Assembly: GCA_038231135.1 (NCBI GenBank)
Contig: JBBRLX010000008.1
Location: forward strand, 73,614 to 137,613
Origin: Candidatus Eiseniibacteriota bacterium
Lineage (GTDB): Bacteria; Eisenbacteria; RBG-16-71-46
DNA: 64,000 bases
Direction: 5' to 3'
The translations under genes and the position numbers were made by a program. The notes under the pieces were generated by a model, which was not told the origin of the DNA, did not search any database, and saw nothing but the letters and a program-made list of their open reading frames with translations. Position 1 is the stretch's first letter. Each line of letters opens with the position of its first letter. This document shows, piece after piece, positions 1 to 9,046 of this stretch.

Positions 1-372
<372 letters not shown>

Positions 373-388
373 CCTCATCCGGAGCAGC

Positions 389-420
389 AAGAAAGGCTCT
401 CGGCTAGGTTGCCAAGAGCC
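389..420 (-). terminator. Intrinsic terminator downstream of the NHL gene
   Basis: Minus strand GGCTCTTGGC-aaccta-GCCGAGAGCC followed by TTTCTT, between convergent genes. Confidence 0.65.
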
Positions 421-454
421 CATCTCCCAAGAACGACATCGCACGGCGAAGTTC

Positions 455-1459
455 CTACCGGTAACGATACTTGATCGTTCCCCAGCTGGACGTCTTGGCG
501 GCAGTCGCCGCGTTACGGGCGAATTTCTGAATTCGGTGATTATTCAGGTCCGCGACAAAGATGTCGCCGGCGGCATCCACCGCGACCCCCGCGACAAAAT
601 CGAACTGGCCATCGCCGGTTCCATGGCTCCCGAACTCGTAGAGCGGGGTGCCGGCGCTCGAGAACACGTGGACCTTGTCGGTGGCGTCACCGGCAATGTA
701 GACGTTGCCACCGGCATCCTTCGCCATCGAACCGGGATTTGAGCAACTCCATTGAGTCACCAGATCTCCGGTTGTCGTATATTCCCTTACGGCGTTGGTG
801 TCGTAGTCTCCCACCAACAAATTCCCCGAATCGGTCATCAACAGCCCGCCCACCCTGATGTTGGGGCCGGTCCACTCTTCGCCCGGGTCGCATGTCGTCG
901 ACCAAGATCCCCACTTTGTGATGAACAGGCCGCTATCAGTGAACTTTTCGACGCGGCCGCCGTTGTTTGTGTTGTCTCCCACGTACGCGTTGCCCGAATT
1001 GTCCAAAGCAATCGCTGTCGGCGACATGAACTGACCATCGCAGGCTCCCCACGAGCCCCATAGTTGAATTAAGGATCCGCTCGGGGTGAATTTTCGAACC
1101 CGCTGATCCGTGAGGACGTAGATCGTTCCATCGCCGGCGATGGTCAATCCGAAAGGATGGGCTAAGGGGGTGTCCCCATAGACGCTCCACTCACCGAGGT
1201 ACTTGCCGTCCGTGGTGAATTTTTGGACGCGGTTGTTGCCATGGTCGACCACGAGGAGATGGCCATCAGAATCGATCGCCATTTGCGCGGGCCAGTGGAA
1301 TTGGCCGGGACCGGAGCCCAGGCTTCCCCATTGCGCGGCCAGGGCAACCGGCTCCACGGCGCTCGCCCGCTGCGGCGTTGACATGACGACCCACACAGCC
1401 AGGAGAAGCCAGGACGTGCTTCGAACGCTCTTCACCACGGACACGGACAACCTCCTCAT
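455..1459 (-). CDS. Secreted NHL-repeat (6-bladed beta-propeller) protein with C-terminal SWGxIKxxYR tail
   Basis: Signal peptide; repeated GSGPGQFxxPxxxAxDxxGxxxVxDxxNxRVQKF units; ends TAAKTSSWGTIKYRYR. Confidence 0.9.
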   Translation of the reverse strand: MRRLSVSVVKSVRSTSWLLLAVWVVMSTPQRASAVEPVALAAQWGSLGSGPGQFHWPAQMAIDSDGHLLVVDHGNNRVQKFTTDGKYLGEWSVYGDTPLAHPFGLTIAGDGTIYVLTDQRVRKFTPSGSLIQLWGSWGACDGQFMSPTAIALDNSGNAYVGDNTNNGGRVEKFTDSGLFITKWGSWSTTCDPGEEWTGPNIRVGGLLMTDSGNLLVGDYDTNAVREYTTTGDLVTQWSCSNPGSMAKDAGGNVYIAGDATDKVHVFSSAGTPLYEFGSHGTGDGQFDFVAGVAVDAAGDIFVADLNNHRIQKFARNAATAAKTSSWGTIKYRYR

Positions 1460-1582
1460 GAGGGAATAAGTTGGCGGGTTGTTCTGATTCTACCACTCTT
1501 GAAGCCGTCAACGATACCCCCCCCCGCATAACCTATTGTGCTGCATAGCACTATGCCGCCGCAAATCAGCTGGCTGGGTGAA

Positions 1583-1873
1583 TCATGAATGGCCTTTGAG
1601 TTTCGCGGCGAGTCGGTCCACAGACCCCTTGAGCGAGACCACTCCGGCATCGATCTCGGCTTTGATCTTCTCCGCCGTGGGTCCGACCGCAGCCTGTAGC
1701 TCCTTTTGTTTTGCCTCGAGCTGCTGCTTGGTCGCCCTGAGCGTCTTGATCGCTTCGATCTCCGCCTCTGCGCTCTTCTCCCTGGCCCGCGCCTCAAATA
1801 ACTCGAGCTGAGCCTTCACCTGCTGCAAATGCGAGTCGATCGCTTCGTGGTACCGCTTCAGATCCGCATCCAT
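1583..1873 (-). CDS. Small coiled-coil protein (~96 aa)
   Basis: ATG at 1873 preceded by GGAGGG; Ala/Glu/Lys-rich heptad pattern (IDSHLQQVKAQLELFEARAREKSAEAEIE). Confidence 0.7.
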   Translation of the reverse strand: MDADLKRYHEAIDSHLQQVKAQLELFEARAREKSAEAEIEAIKTLRATKQQLEAKQKELQAAVGPTAEKIKAEIDAGVVSLKGSVDRLAAKLKGHS

Positions 1874-1908
1874 GATGTTGCCCTCCTGGATTGTGAGGCG
1901 TTCAAGTG

Positions 1909-2679
1909 TCAGTGACTCTTCCGCGCCGCCCGCTGCGGGAACACCAGCAGGCATGCCGCGACGAACACGAGCAACGCAGCCGACCCCCAGTAGCGGCTCA
2001 GTGCCAATCCTCCATGTGCGATGGGCTTGTCGATAAAGTCTCCCAGTACGGCGCCGAGTGGCCGGGTCAGAATGAACGCGGCCCAGAACAGCGCGGTGCG
2101 GGAGATCTTCGTCCACAAGTACGCGGCGAGGATCAGGGCCAGCAGCCCGCCGAAGATGACCGCGGCGCCGGTGTAGCCCATCCCCATGCTGTCGGCGGTC
2201 CAGTCACCCAGCGCCGTGCCCAGGGTCTGGGAGAACATGATCGTGACCCAATAGAACATCTCGGCCTTGGGCGAGCTCACGGTGTCCACCGATACCGTGC
2301 CCATCGTTCGATACCAGATGAACAGGGACGACAGCAGCAGGGCGAGCAGGATCGAAGAGCCGCCGGCGTACCCGATGCCGAGCGAGCGGTCGGCGAAGTC
2401 GGCGAGCGTGGTGCCGACGGTGGTCGTGGCGATGATGGTCGTCCAGTACAGGAACGGATGGAAACGCTTGAATGTGATCTGTGCGCCGACAGCGGCCAGG
2501 AACACGACAGCGAAGATCGCCGTGGCGACGAGATAGCCCAGGTTCATCGACATCGAAACGGCGTCCCCGCCAATTTCGCCCAGCGTGGTGGCCGCGATCT
2601 TGAGGACCCAGAACAGCAGCGTCACCTCGGGCACCTTGCTCACTGCGTGCCGTGCCTGGCTGGCCAGATCGTTTTGCAA
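1909..2679 (-). CDS. COG4705/DUF347-type membrane protein
   Basis: SKVPEVTLLFWVLKIAATTLGE, TTVGTTLAD, SQTLGTALGD, FWAAFILTRPLGA repeated membrane hairpins. Confidence 0.85.
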   Translation of the reverse strand: MQNDLASQARHAVSKVPEVTLLFWVLKIAATTLGEIGGDAVSMSMNLGYLVATAIFAVVFLAAVGAQITFKRFHPFLYWTTIIATTTVGTTLADFADRSLGIGYAGGSSILLALLLSSLFIWYRTMGTVSVDTVSSPKAEMFYWVTIMFSQTLGTALGDWTADSMGMGYTGAAVIFGGLLALILAAYLWTKISRTALFWAAFILTRPLGAVLGDFIDKPIAHGGLALSRYWGSAALLVFVAACLLVFPQRAARKSH

Positions 2680-2732
2680 TTCCGGACCGATGCTCTCGGC
2701 CTGATGCAGTTTGGTATTCAGAACGCACCCCG

Positions 2733-5700
2733 CTATTTCAAGATGAGGACCGCGGGCACTCTCCGCACCGTCACCGCCCCCTGCGACCCGACCGGAACGG
2801 TCACCACGCCGAGTACCGCCCGGCGGAACGCCTTTGCCGACGGGGCTTTCACAACGATCCCACCGCGCGGCACCCGCACTCCCTTACCGATCCTCACCAC
2901 CACGGAATCTCCCGATGCGTGCATCGAGTAGCTCAGGAGCCCGTGCGGCGTTGGCAAGTCTCGTACCGTGACGCCGGGTGATGTGTTCACCCACTCCAGC
3001 GGCACACCGGCGCCGATCACGAGCGCACTGTCCGCCTCGCGTTCGTAGGCGAACATGGTGAGCACCGAGCGCACGAAGTCCGAGCCCACCCAGGTGTGTG
3101 GCATGTCGCCGATAAAGCGCGGGTGACGCGGATCGTGATCGACCACCTCGGCCCACTGGGCCCATCCCGCGGGGCGGCGGTACTTCATGAACCAGTCGAG
3201 CGCCGCGTTCGCGCGATCGCGCCAGCCCAGCTCGACAAACGCGCCGATCGTCCTGACTTCATAGGGCGTGAAGGCGTCCCACGTGTCGGTCTTGCGGCGC
3301 GTTTCGAAAAACTCCCAGTACTTCTCGAACGTGCGTTGCAACGCTCCCGGGGGCAGCGCGGCCGCGGCGTCAACGGGGTCGAGCGCGATCGTCGTCGACG
3401 TGGCGTCGAAGTCCCCGAGATCGGCGCAACCGGGGATGTAGTCGATGTGATGCTTCGCCATCGCGGCGCCGATCGACGCGCGCAGGTCACGCTGGAACTC
3501 GTCGCGGACGTTGCTCCAGCGCCTGCGCTCCGGCTCGCGGCCGGTGTACTGCGCGAGCCATGCGGCGTCCTTGAAGCCACGCAGCGCAAACAGGTCGTCC
3601 CAGTAGGAATGCATGGGCTTCGCCGAATAGCCCTCGTGGCTGATCGAGGGCGGCAGCAGGCCATGGAACTCGCGGTTCGCCGGAGTGCTCCATTCCCGCG
3701 TGAGGCGCTCGTGACGGAGAGAATCGAGGTACGTTGCCGCCCGCGCGACGACCGGCCACATCTTCACGGCGAATGCCCGGTCGCCGGTGTAGCGCACGTA
3801 GTCCGCGATCGCGAAGATCAGCTCGCCGCTGCTGTCGTGCTCGGGCACGGGATCGGCGCCGCGCGCGTCGACACAGCATGGCACCTTGCCGTTCGGGTAC
3901 TGGTGCGCCGCGAACCACTCGACAAACTCGCGCACGGTCTTGGGGTCGCCGGTGCGCAGCAGCGCCGAGGACGTGAGTGCCCCGTCGCGAATCCACGACC
4001 GCTCGTAGGACCGCGAGCCGGGCTGGATCGCGGGGCCGTCGCGATTGACCTGAATCCAACCGATCTGGGCGTTCAGCGTACGCAGGACTTCGGCGCCCGC
4101 CGGCGGCAACTCGATGTGCGGCAGGTGCAGTGCGGTATGCCAGTAGCTGGCGTCACCCAGCACGGGCTCCACCGACCGCAGGGACGAATCCCGTGTCGCG
4201 CGGCTCCCGCCCATAGGTCTGATCGCCGCGATTCTCAGGAGGATCGTGCGGTCACCGTGCGCGGGCAACTCGAGGTCGTACGCCAGCGCACCCGACGCGT
4301 GGCCGAACGGATCGTCCACGCGCTGACTCTTCGGCAGCCTGTTTTCGCGCATGAACTCCACGATGTCGCCCTGATCGAACGTGGCCGCGCCGAATGCCGT
4401 GGGCGGCGTCAGGCTCGTGAGCACGCGATTGCCGTTCACGCGCACCATGCTGCCATTGCGCTCGAGGCTCATGATCGTCGCGACGCCGCCCGGGGTGTTG
4501 AGGAACTGGGTCGGCGGATTCACCTGGAACGGCCGCATCGCCAGATTCAGGGTCGCGCGTACGGGAACGTCGCTCAGGTTCCGCACGCGATAGCTCAGCG
4601 CGAACGCGGCTTCACCGTCGATGTGCGAACCCTCATTCAGACCGAAGGCGGTGGTCTCGAGCTCGAGACTGTCGACACGCCACGTCACGATCGGAATCGG
4701 CAGGTCGCCATCCTCCAGCGACTGCCGCGACGTTACGTCCGCCCACGTCCTCAGCCTGCCGCCGACGCGCAGGAACGGCTCGATCGAGAACTGCGCCTTG
4801 CCCGTCTCGAACGCGCCGTCCTCGCCGAGCAGACCCTCGTCGCGATCGCCCATGAGCCCGACCACGGCCCAGTAGGATTGCTCGCCGCTCAGGCCGCGGG
4901 GGTAGCTGCCGCGCGGGGCATGCTTCGCGATCGCGGCGTAGAAGTTCTCGAGCGTCGCGCCGAACTCGAGCGGCTGGAGCGCCAACTCGGCGATACCGAT
5001 GCCGCGGGCGGCCGGCGCCTCCAGGGTCCTCACGCTCAGGAAGCGGGCTTCGGACTCAGGCAGCCACAGCCAGTCGCGGCCGCCGTTGCCGTTCCTCACC
5101 GTGCGCAACTCCGTCCAGCGCCGGGCATCGGTCGAGCCCTCGACCCCGTAGTTCGAGGCCGAGAGATTCGGCCCCCAATCGATCACGAGGCCGCCGAACT
5201 CACGCCCCTCCCCCAGATCGAGCGTGAGCGCAGGCCGTGGATCGCCTGGGGCACTCCGCCACCACGTGGCGACCGCGCCGTCGGCAGCGAGCGCCGGTCT
5301 ATGCGCGGGGGCGGACGACGACGCGCTGGCCCGCGGCTCGGGTGGCGTGCCACCGGCAGGGCGCAGCGTTTCGATCGACAGGTCGTCGAGCCACACGGTG
5401 CCCTTGCCGCCGGTGCCGGCGGTGACCGCGAATTCGATCGCCGCGACATGTCGCAGCTCGCCCGGGTTCGGGCCCCACGCGAACGAGATCTGACGCTGCT
5501 TCGTGGCCAGCGTGTCCCAGTGGGCGGGGAACGCGAGCCGGCGGCGGTTGTACCACCACACGTCGTCGCCGCTCGCGTCGATCAGCTTGAATTCCAGATC
5601 GTTCGGCGTGCACGTGCCCTTCACCGTGAACCGGAACTTGTAGTTCTGGGGCACGTCGAATGACACCGCGCGATGCGCAACGGCGTAACCACCGCCCCCG

Positions 5701-5960
5701 CCGAAGTCGAAGTCAAGCCGCAGCGCCTTGCCGTGTGCGCCGGCGTCGCTGCTCAACTTCAGCTTTACGCCATCCGCGGGGTGCGCGGACCAGGCGGAGA
5801 TGTCTTCGAAGTCGTCGATCGTGGTGCGCGAGCCGATGGCCGTCGCGACGGGCGTGGTGACGGCGAAGGCGGGCGCGGCAGCGGCACTCGCGGCGGCGGC
5901 GCTGGCGGCGGCGCACATCACCAGCGTCACGACAACTCCGCCGGTCACCGACAGCCTCAT
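2733..5960 (-). CDS. Secreted CBM-like + discoidin (F5/8 type C) + six-hairpin glycosidase-like protein
   Basis: ATG at 5960 overlaps permease stop (ATGA); signal peptide; IDDFED..GKALRLDFDF galactose-binding-like domain; ASASSS..AADG..TWWRS discoidin; QPGSRSYERSWIRDG, EHDSSGE, HEGY..HSYWDD, GDMPHTW (alpha/alpha)6 region. Confidence 0.8.
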   Translation of the reverse strand: MRLSVTGGVVVTLVMCAAASAAAASAAAAPAFAVTTPVATAIGSRTTIDDFEDISAWSAHPADGVKLKLSSDAGAHGKALRLDFDFGGGGGYAVAHRAVSFDVPQNYKFRFTVKGTCTPNDLEFKLIDASGDDVWWYNRRRLAFPAHWDTLATKQRQISFAWGPNPGELRHVAAIEFAVTAGTGGKGTVWLDDLSIETLRPAGGTPPEPRASASSSAPAHRPALAADGAVATWWRSAPGDPRPALTLDLGEGREFGGLVIDWGPNLSASNYGVEGSTDARRWTELRTVRNGNGGRDWLWLPESEARFLSVRTLEAPAARGIGIAELALQPLEFGATLENFYAAIAKHAPRGSYPRGLSGEQSYWAVVGLMGDRDEGLLGEDGAFETGKAQFSIEPFLRVGGRLRTWADVTSRQSLEDGDLPIPIVTWRVDSLELETTAFGLNEGSHIDGEAAFALSYRVRNLSDVPVRATLNLAMRPFQVNPPTQFLNTPGGVATIMSLERNGSMVRVNGNRVLTSLTPPTAFGAATFDQGDIVEFMRENRLPKSQRVDDPFGHASGALAYDLELPAHGDRTILLRIAAIRPMGGSRATRDSSLRSVEPVLGDASYWHTALHLPHIELPPAGAEVLRTLNAQIGWIQVNRDGPAIQPGSRSYERSWIRDGALTSSALLRTGDPKTVREFVEWFAAHQYPNGKVPCCVDARGADPVPEHDSSGELIFAIADYVRYTGDRAFAVKMWPVVARAATYLDSLRHERLTREWSTPANREFHGLLPPSISHEGYSAKPMHSYWDDLFALRGFKDAAWLAQYTGREPERRRWSNVRDEFQRDLRASIGAAMAKHHIDYIPGCADLGDFDATSTTIALDPVDAAAALPPGALQRTFEKYWEFFETRRKTDTWDAFTPYEVRTIGAFVELGWRDRANAALDWFMKYRRPAGWAQWAEVVDHDPRHPRFIGDMPHTWVGSDFVRSVLTMFAYEREADSALVIGAGVPLEWVNTSPGVTVRDLPTPHGLLSYSMHASGDSVVVRIGKGVRVPRGGIVVKAPSAKAFRRAVLGVVTVPVGSQGAVTVRRVPAVLILK

Positions 5961-6778
5961 CCCTTGACGCTCCCCAGCATCACGCCGCGGATGTACGCGC
6001 GCTGCAGCACCAGGAACACTGCCATGACCGGCAGCAGCGTGAGCACGCTGCCCGCCATCATGAGCTCGGTGTCCTGCACGTGCTCGCCGACGAGGTTGGC
6101 GAGCGCGACGGGCAGCGTGTACTTGCGGTCGTCGCTGAGGATGATCAGCGGCCACATGAAGTCGTTCCACATGCTGAGGAAGATGAACGTGGCGAGCGTG
6201 ACGAGGATCGGCTTGAGCAGCGGCATCACGATGGTCCAGAAGATCCGCAGCTCGCCGGCGCCGTCGATGCGCGCGGCGTCGAGCAGGTCGTCGGGGATCG
6301 ACAGCGCGTACTGGCGCACCATGAAGATCGCGAAAATCGGCGCCAGCCCGGGGATCATGGCGCCCCACAGCGTGTTCACGAGTCCCATTTTCTGCAGCAT
6401 CAGGAACAGCGGCAGCATGCCGACCTGGCCGGGGATCACGAGCGCCGCGAGCAGCAGCCGGAACGTCGCCTCGCGGCCGGTGAACCGCAGCTTCGCGAAC
6501 GCGTAGCCGGCCATGCTGTTCAGCAGCACGGCGATCGCCGTGGTGCCGACCGCGACGATCGTGCTGTTCAGCAAATGCCGCGCGAGGTCGAGCCGCGTGA
6601 ACAGCGCAATGTAGTGGGCGAACGTGGCGTGGCTCGGCAGCAGCCGCGGCGGGAACGTGTTCGCCTCGCCCGCGGGCATGAACGACGCCGACAGCATCCA
6701 CAGCAGCGGCGCCAGTGTGGCGACCACGCCGAGCGCCAGCAGCACGTGCAGTACGAACGACGGGGCGGCGCGCTTCAT
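5957..6778 (-). CDS. Carbohydrate ABC transporter permease (MalG-like)
   Basis: IPDDLLDAARIDGAGELRIF EAA loop; WNDFMWPLI; six TM segments. Confidence 0.95.
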   Translation of the reverse strand: MKRAAPSFVLHVLLALGVVATLAPLLWMLSASFMPAGEANTFPPRLLPSHATFAHYIALFTRLDLARHLLNSTIVAVGTTAIAVLLNSMAGYAFAKLRFTGREATFRLLLAALVIPGQVGMLPLFLMLQKMGLVNTLWGAMIPGLAPIFAIFMVRQYALSIPDDLLDAARIDGAGELRIFWTIVMPLLKPILVTLATFIFLSMWNDFMWPLIILSDDRKYTLPVALANLVGEHVQDTELMMAGSVLTLLPVMAVFLVLQRAYIRGVMLGSVKG

Positions 6779-7666
6779 TCAGGCCTCGCTCCGGCGCTGG
6801 ATCTGGAGCTGGATCATGGTGCCGATCAGCATGATCACGAACAGCACGAACGCGATCGCGGCGGCGACGCCCATGCGCCACCAGCGGAACCCCTCCTGGT
6901 ACATCAGCAGCACGACGGTGGTGGTGCTCTTGAGCGGGCCGCCCTGAGTCATGACGTAGGGCTCGGAGAACAGCTGGAACTGGCCGAGCATCGTCAGCAC
7001 GCACACGAACAGCAGCGTGGGTCCCAACCCGGGCAGCGTGATGTGGCGGAATCGCGCCCAGCCGCTGACGCCGTCGAGATCCGCGGCCTCGTACTGCTCG
7101 TCGGGAATGCTCTGCAGGCCGGCGATGAAGATCAGCATGTTGTAGCCGAAGTTCTTCCACACCGCCATCAGGATGATCGCGGGCATAGCCCAGTGCGGGT
7201 TGCCGAGCCAGTCGATCGGCTTGATGCCGAACTGCCCGAGCGCGAAGTCGATCAACCCGTACTGCGGGTGATAGAGGTAGCGCCACACGATCGCCACGGC
7301 CACCAGCGTGGTGACGACGGGCACGAAGAACACCGAGCGGAAGAACGCCTGAAACCGTGTGAGGCGCGAGCTGACGGCCATGGCGGCGAGCAGCGACGCC
7401 AGCACCGACAGCGGCCCGCCCACCACCACGAAGTAGAACGTGTTGCCGAGCGCCTTCCAGAACTCCGGGTCCGACAGGATGCGCGCGTAGTTCCCGAGGC
7501 CCTGAAACCGCACGTTCGAGAGATCACCGATGGCGTAGAGGTCGAAGTCGGTGAGGCTCAGCACCAGCCCCGCGATCACCGGCAGGAAGAAGAATACGGT
7601 GATCAGGCCCAGCGAGGGCGCGACGAACGCCCAGCCGGCGCGGGTTTCCTGGCGCTCCCCTTTCAC
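6779..7666 (-). CDS. Carbohydrate ABC transporter permease (MalF-like)
   Basis: AGLQSIPDEQYEAADLDG..FRHITLP EAA loop; VWKNFGYNM. Confidence 0.95.
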   Translation of the reverse strand: MKGERQETRAGWAFVAPSLGLITVFFFLPVIAGLVLSLTDFDLYAIGDLSNVRFQGLGNYARILSDPEFWKALGNTFYFVVVGGPLSVLASLLAAMAVSSRLTRFQAFFRSVFFVPVVTTLVAVAIVWRYLYHPQYGLIDFALGQFGIKPIDWLGNPHWAMPAIILMAVWKNFGYNMLIFIAGLQSIPDEQYEAADLDGVSGWARFRHITLPGLGPTLLFVCVLTMLGQFQLFSEPYVMTQGGPLKSTTTVVLLMYQEGFRWWRMGVAAAIAFVLFVIMLIGTMIQLQIQRRSEA

Positions 7667-8979
7667 GGCTGCCCCGCCGCCGTATGGCGCGCGCGCTCGA
7701 GCATCCAGCGGCGCTTCTCGAGCATCTGGTTCACGTCGCGATCGAGCGCCGCCAGCGCCGAATCGGGCGGCACGTGGCCCAGCACCACCGACTCAACGCG
7801 GTCCTGCAGCTTCACCGAGATCTGCTCCCACTCGGGCACCTTGGGCGTCGACACGGTTCGGGTGAGCTGCTGCTCGAACGCACGCAGGTGCGGATCGTTG
7901 GTGAGCGCGGTGTCGCGCCACGCCTCGCGCCGCGCGGGCAGGTCGCCAGTGAGGGAACGGAACCGGAGCTGCTGCTCCGGCCGCGACAGGAACTCCACCA
8001 GCTTCCACGCCTCAGCCTTGTGCTTCGAGGCGCGGAACAGCACGAGGCTCGAGCCGCCGGCCACCGACACGCCGGGGCCGTCGGGCCCGGGCAGGGCCGC
8101 CGTCTCCCACGACGACTGCATCGCGGGCGAGATGCGGTTGCGGAACTCGCCGACCTGCCATGGGCCGCTGATGTACATCGCGAACGTGCCCCGCTCGAAT
8201 TCCTGGTAAAGGTTCGCGATCGCGGTACCCGGCACGCGCGGCGCCAGGTCACGCTGGAACAGGTCGATGTAGAACTGCATCGCGCGGCGGTACGCCGGCC
8301 CCTCGAAATCGCCGTGCGTGCCCGTCGAATCGAGCAGTGTCGATCCGGTCTGGAGGCCGAACACGATCCACGGCGTGTATTCATTGGTCGGCAGGAAGAT
8401 CGCGTAATGATGCGGCCCACCCTGGCGTTTGATGACCTCCATCGCCTGGCGCCAGTCGGCCCAGTTGGAGGGCATCTCGCGATACCCGGCGCGGGCGAGC
8501 AGGTCCTTGCGATAGAACAGCAGGCGCGTGTCGACGTACCACGGAATGCCGTACGGCACGCCGTCGAGCACGTTGGTGTCCCAGATGCCGGCGAAATACG
8601 CGCTCTCGGGCACGGCGGTGGACGCGCGCAGATAGGCATCGAGCGGCTCGATCGCGTGGAGCGCGCCGAATTCCGCGATCCAGGTGTTGCCAAGCTGCGA
8701 GATGTCGGGCGTGGAGCCGCCGACGTGGGCCGTGAGCAGCTTCTCGTGTGCGGCGCCCCACGGAATCTGCTGGACGAGCACATGGATATTTGGATTCTCG
8801 CGCTCGAAGTCGTGCACCAGATCCTGCACCACCTCGCCCTCGCGGCCCATGGCCCAGAACCGCAGCGTGACGGGGCCGGGGCCGGACTGCGGGTGGCAGC
8901 CGGCGAGCGCGGCGCAGGCGAGCAGCAGCATGATCGCCGCCGCGTGGGCCAGTCGCACGGTCGAATGGGGTCGCATCAT
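7663..8979 (-). CDS. Sugar ABC transporter substrate-binding lipoprotein
   Basis: Lipobox LAGC; FERENPNIHV, PDISQLGNTW, YGIPWYVDTRLLFYRKDL (SBP family 1); start uncertain (8976/8979). Confidence 0.92.
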   Translation of the reverse strand: MMRPHSTVRLAHAAAIMLLLACAALAGCHPQSGPGPVTLRFWAMGREGEVVQDLVHDFERENPNIHVLVQQIPWGAAHEKLLTAHVGGSTPDISQLGNTWIAEFGALHAIEPLDAYLRASTAVPESAYFAGIWDTNVLDGVPYGIPWYVDTRLLFYRKDLLARAGYREMPSNWADWRQAMEVIKRQGGPHHYAIFLPTNEYTPWIVFGLQTGSTLLDSTGTHGDFEGPAYRRAMQFYIDLFQRDLAPRVPGTAIANLYQEFERGTFAMYISGPWQVGEFRNRISPAMQSSWETAALPGPDGPGVSVAGGSSLVLFRASKHKAEAWKLVEFLSRPEQQLRFRSLTGDLPARREAWRDTALTNDPHLRAFEQQLTRTVSTPKVPEWEQISVKLQDRVESVVLGHVPPDSALAALDRDVNQMLEKRRWMLERARHTAAGQP

Positions 8980-9046
8980 GGGACCTGCACGCAACACCGG
9001 AGGGGCCGCATCGCCGGACCTTACCGCAACGCCGTCCGTGCCCGCA

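Noticed and set aside
1517..1525. C9/G9 homopolymer upstream of NHL gene as phase-variation tract
   Set aside because: Lies upstream of, not between, the plausible promoter elements; single short tract in GC-rich DNA is weak evidence
2733..7286. 1517-aa ORF as one protein
   Set aside because: The first ~440 codons overlap the two ABC permeases in another frame and read as Arg-rich shadow sequence; the real start is ATG 5960 with a signal peptide
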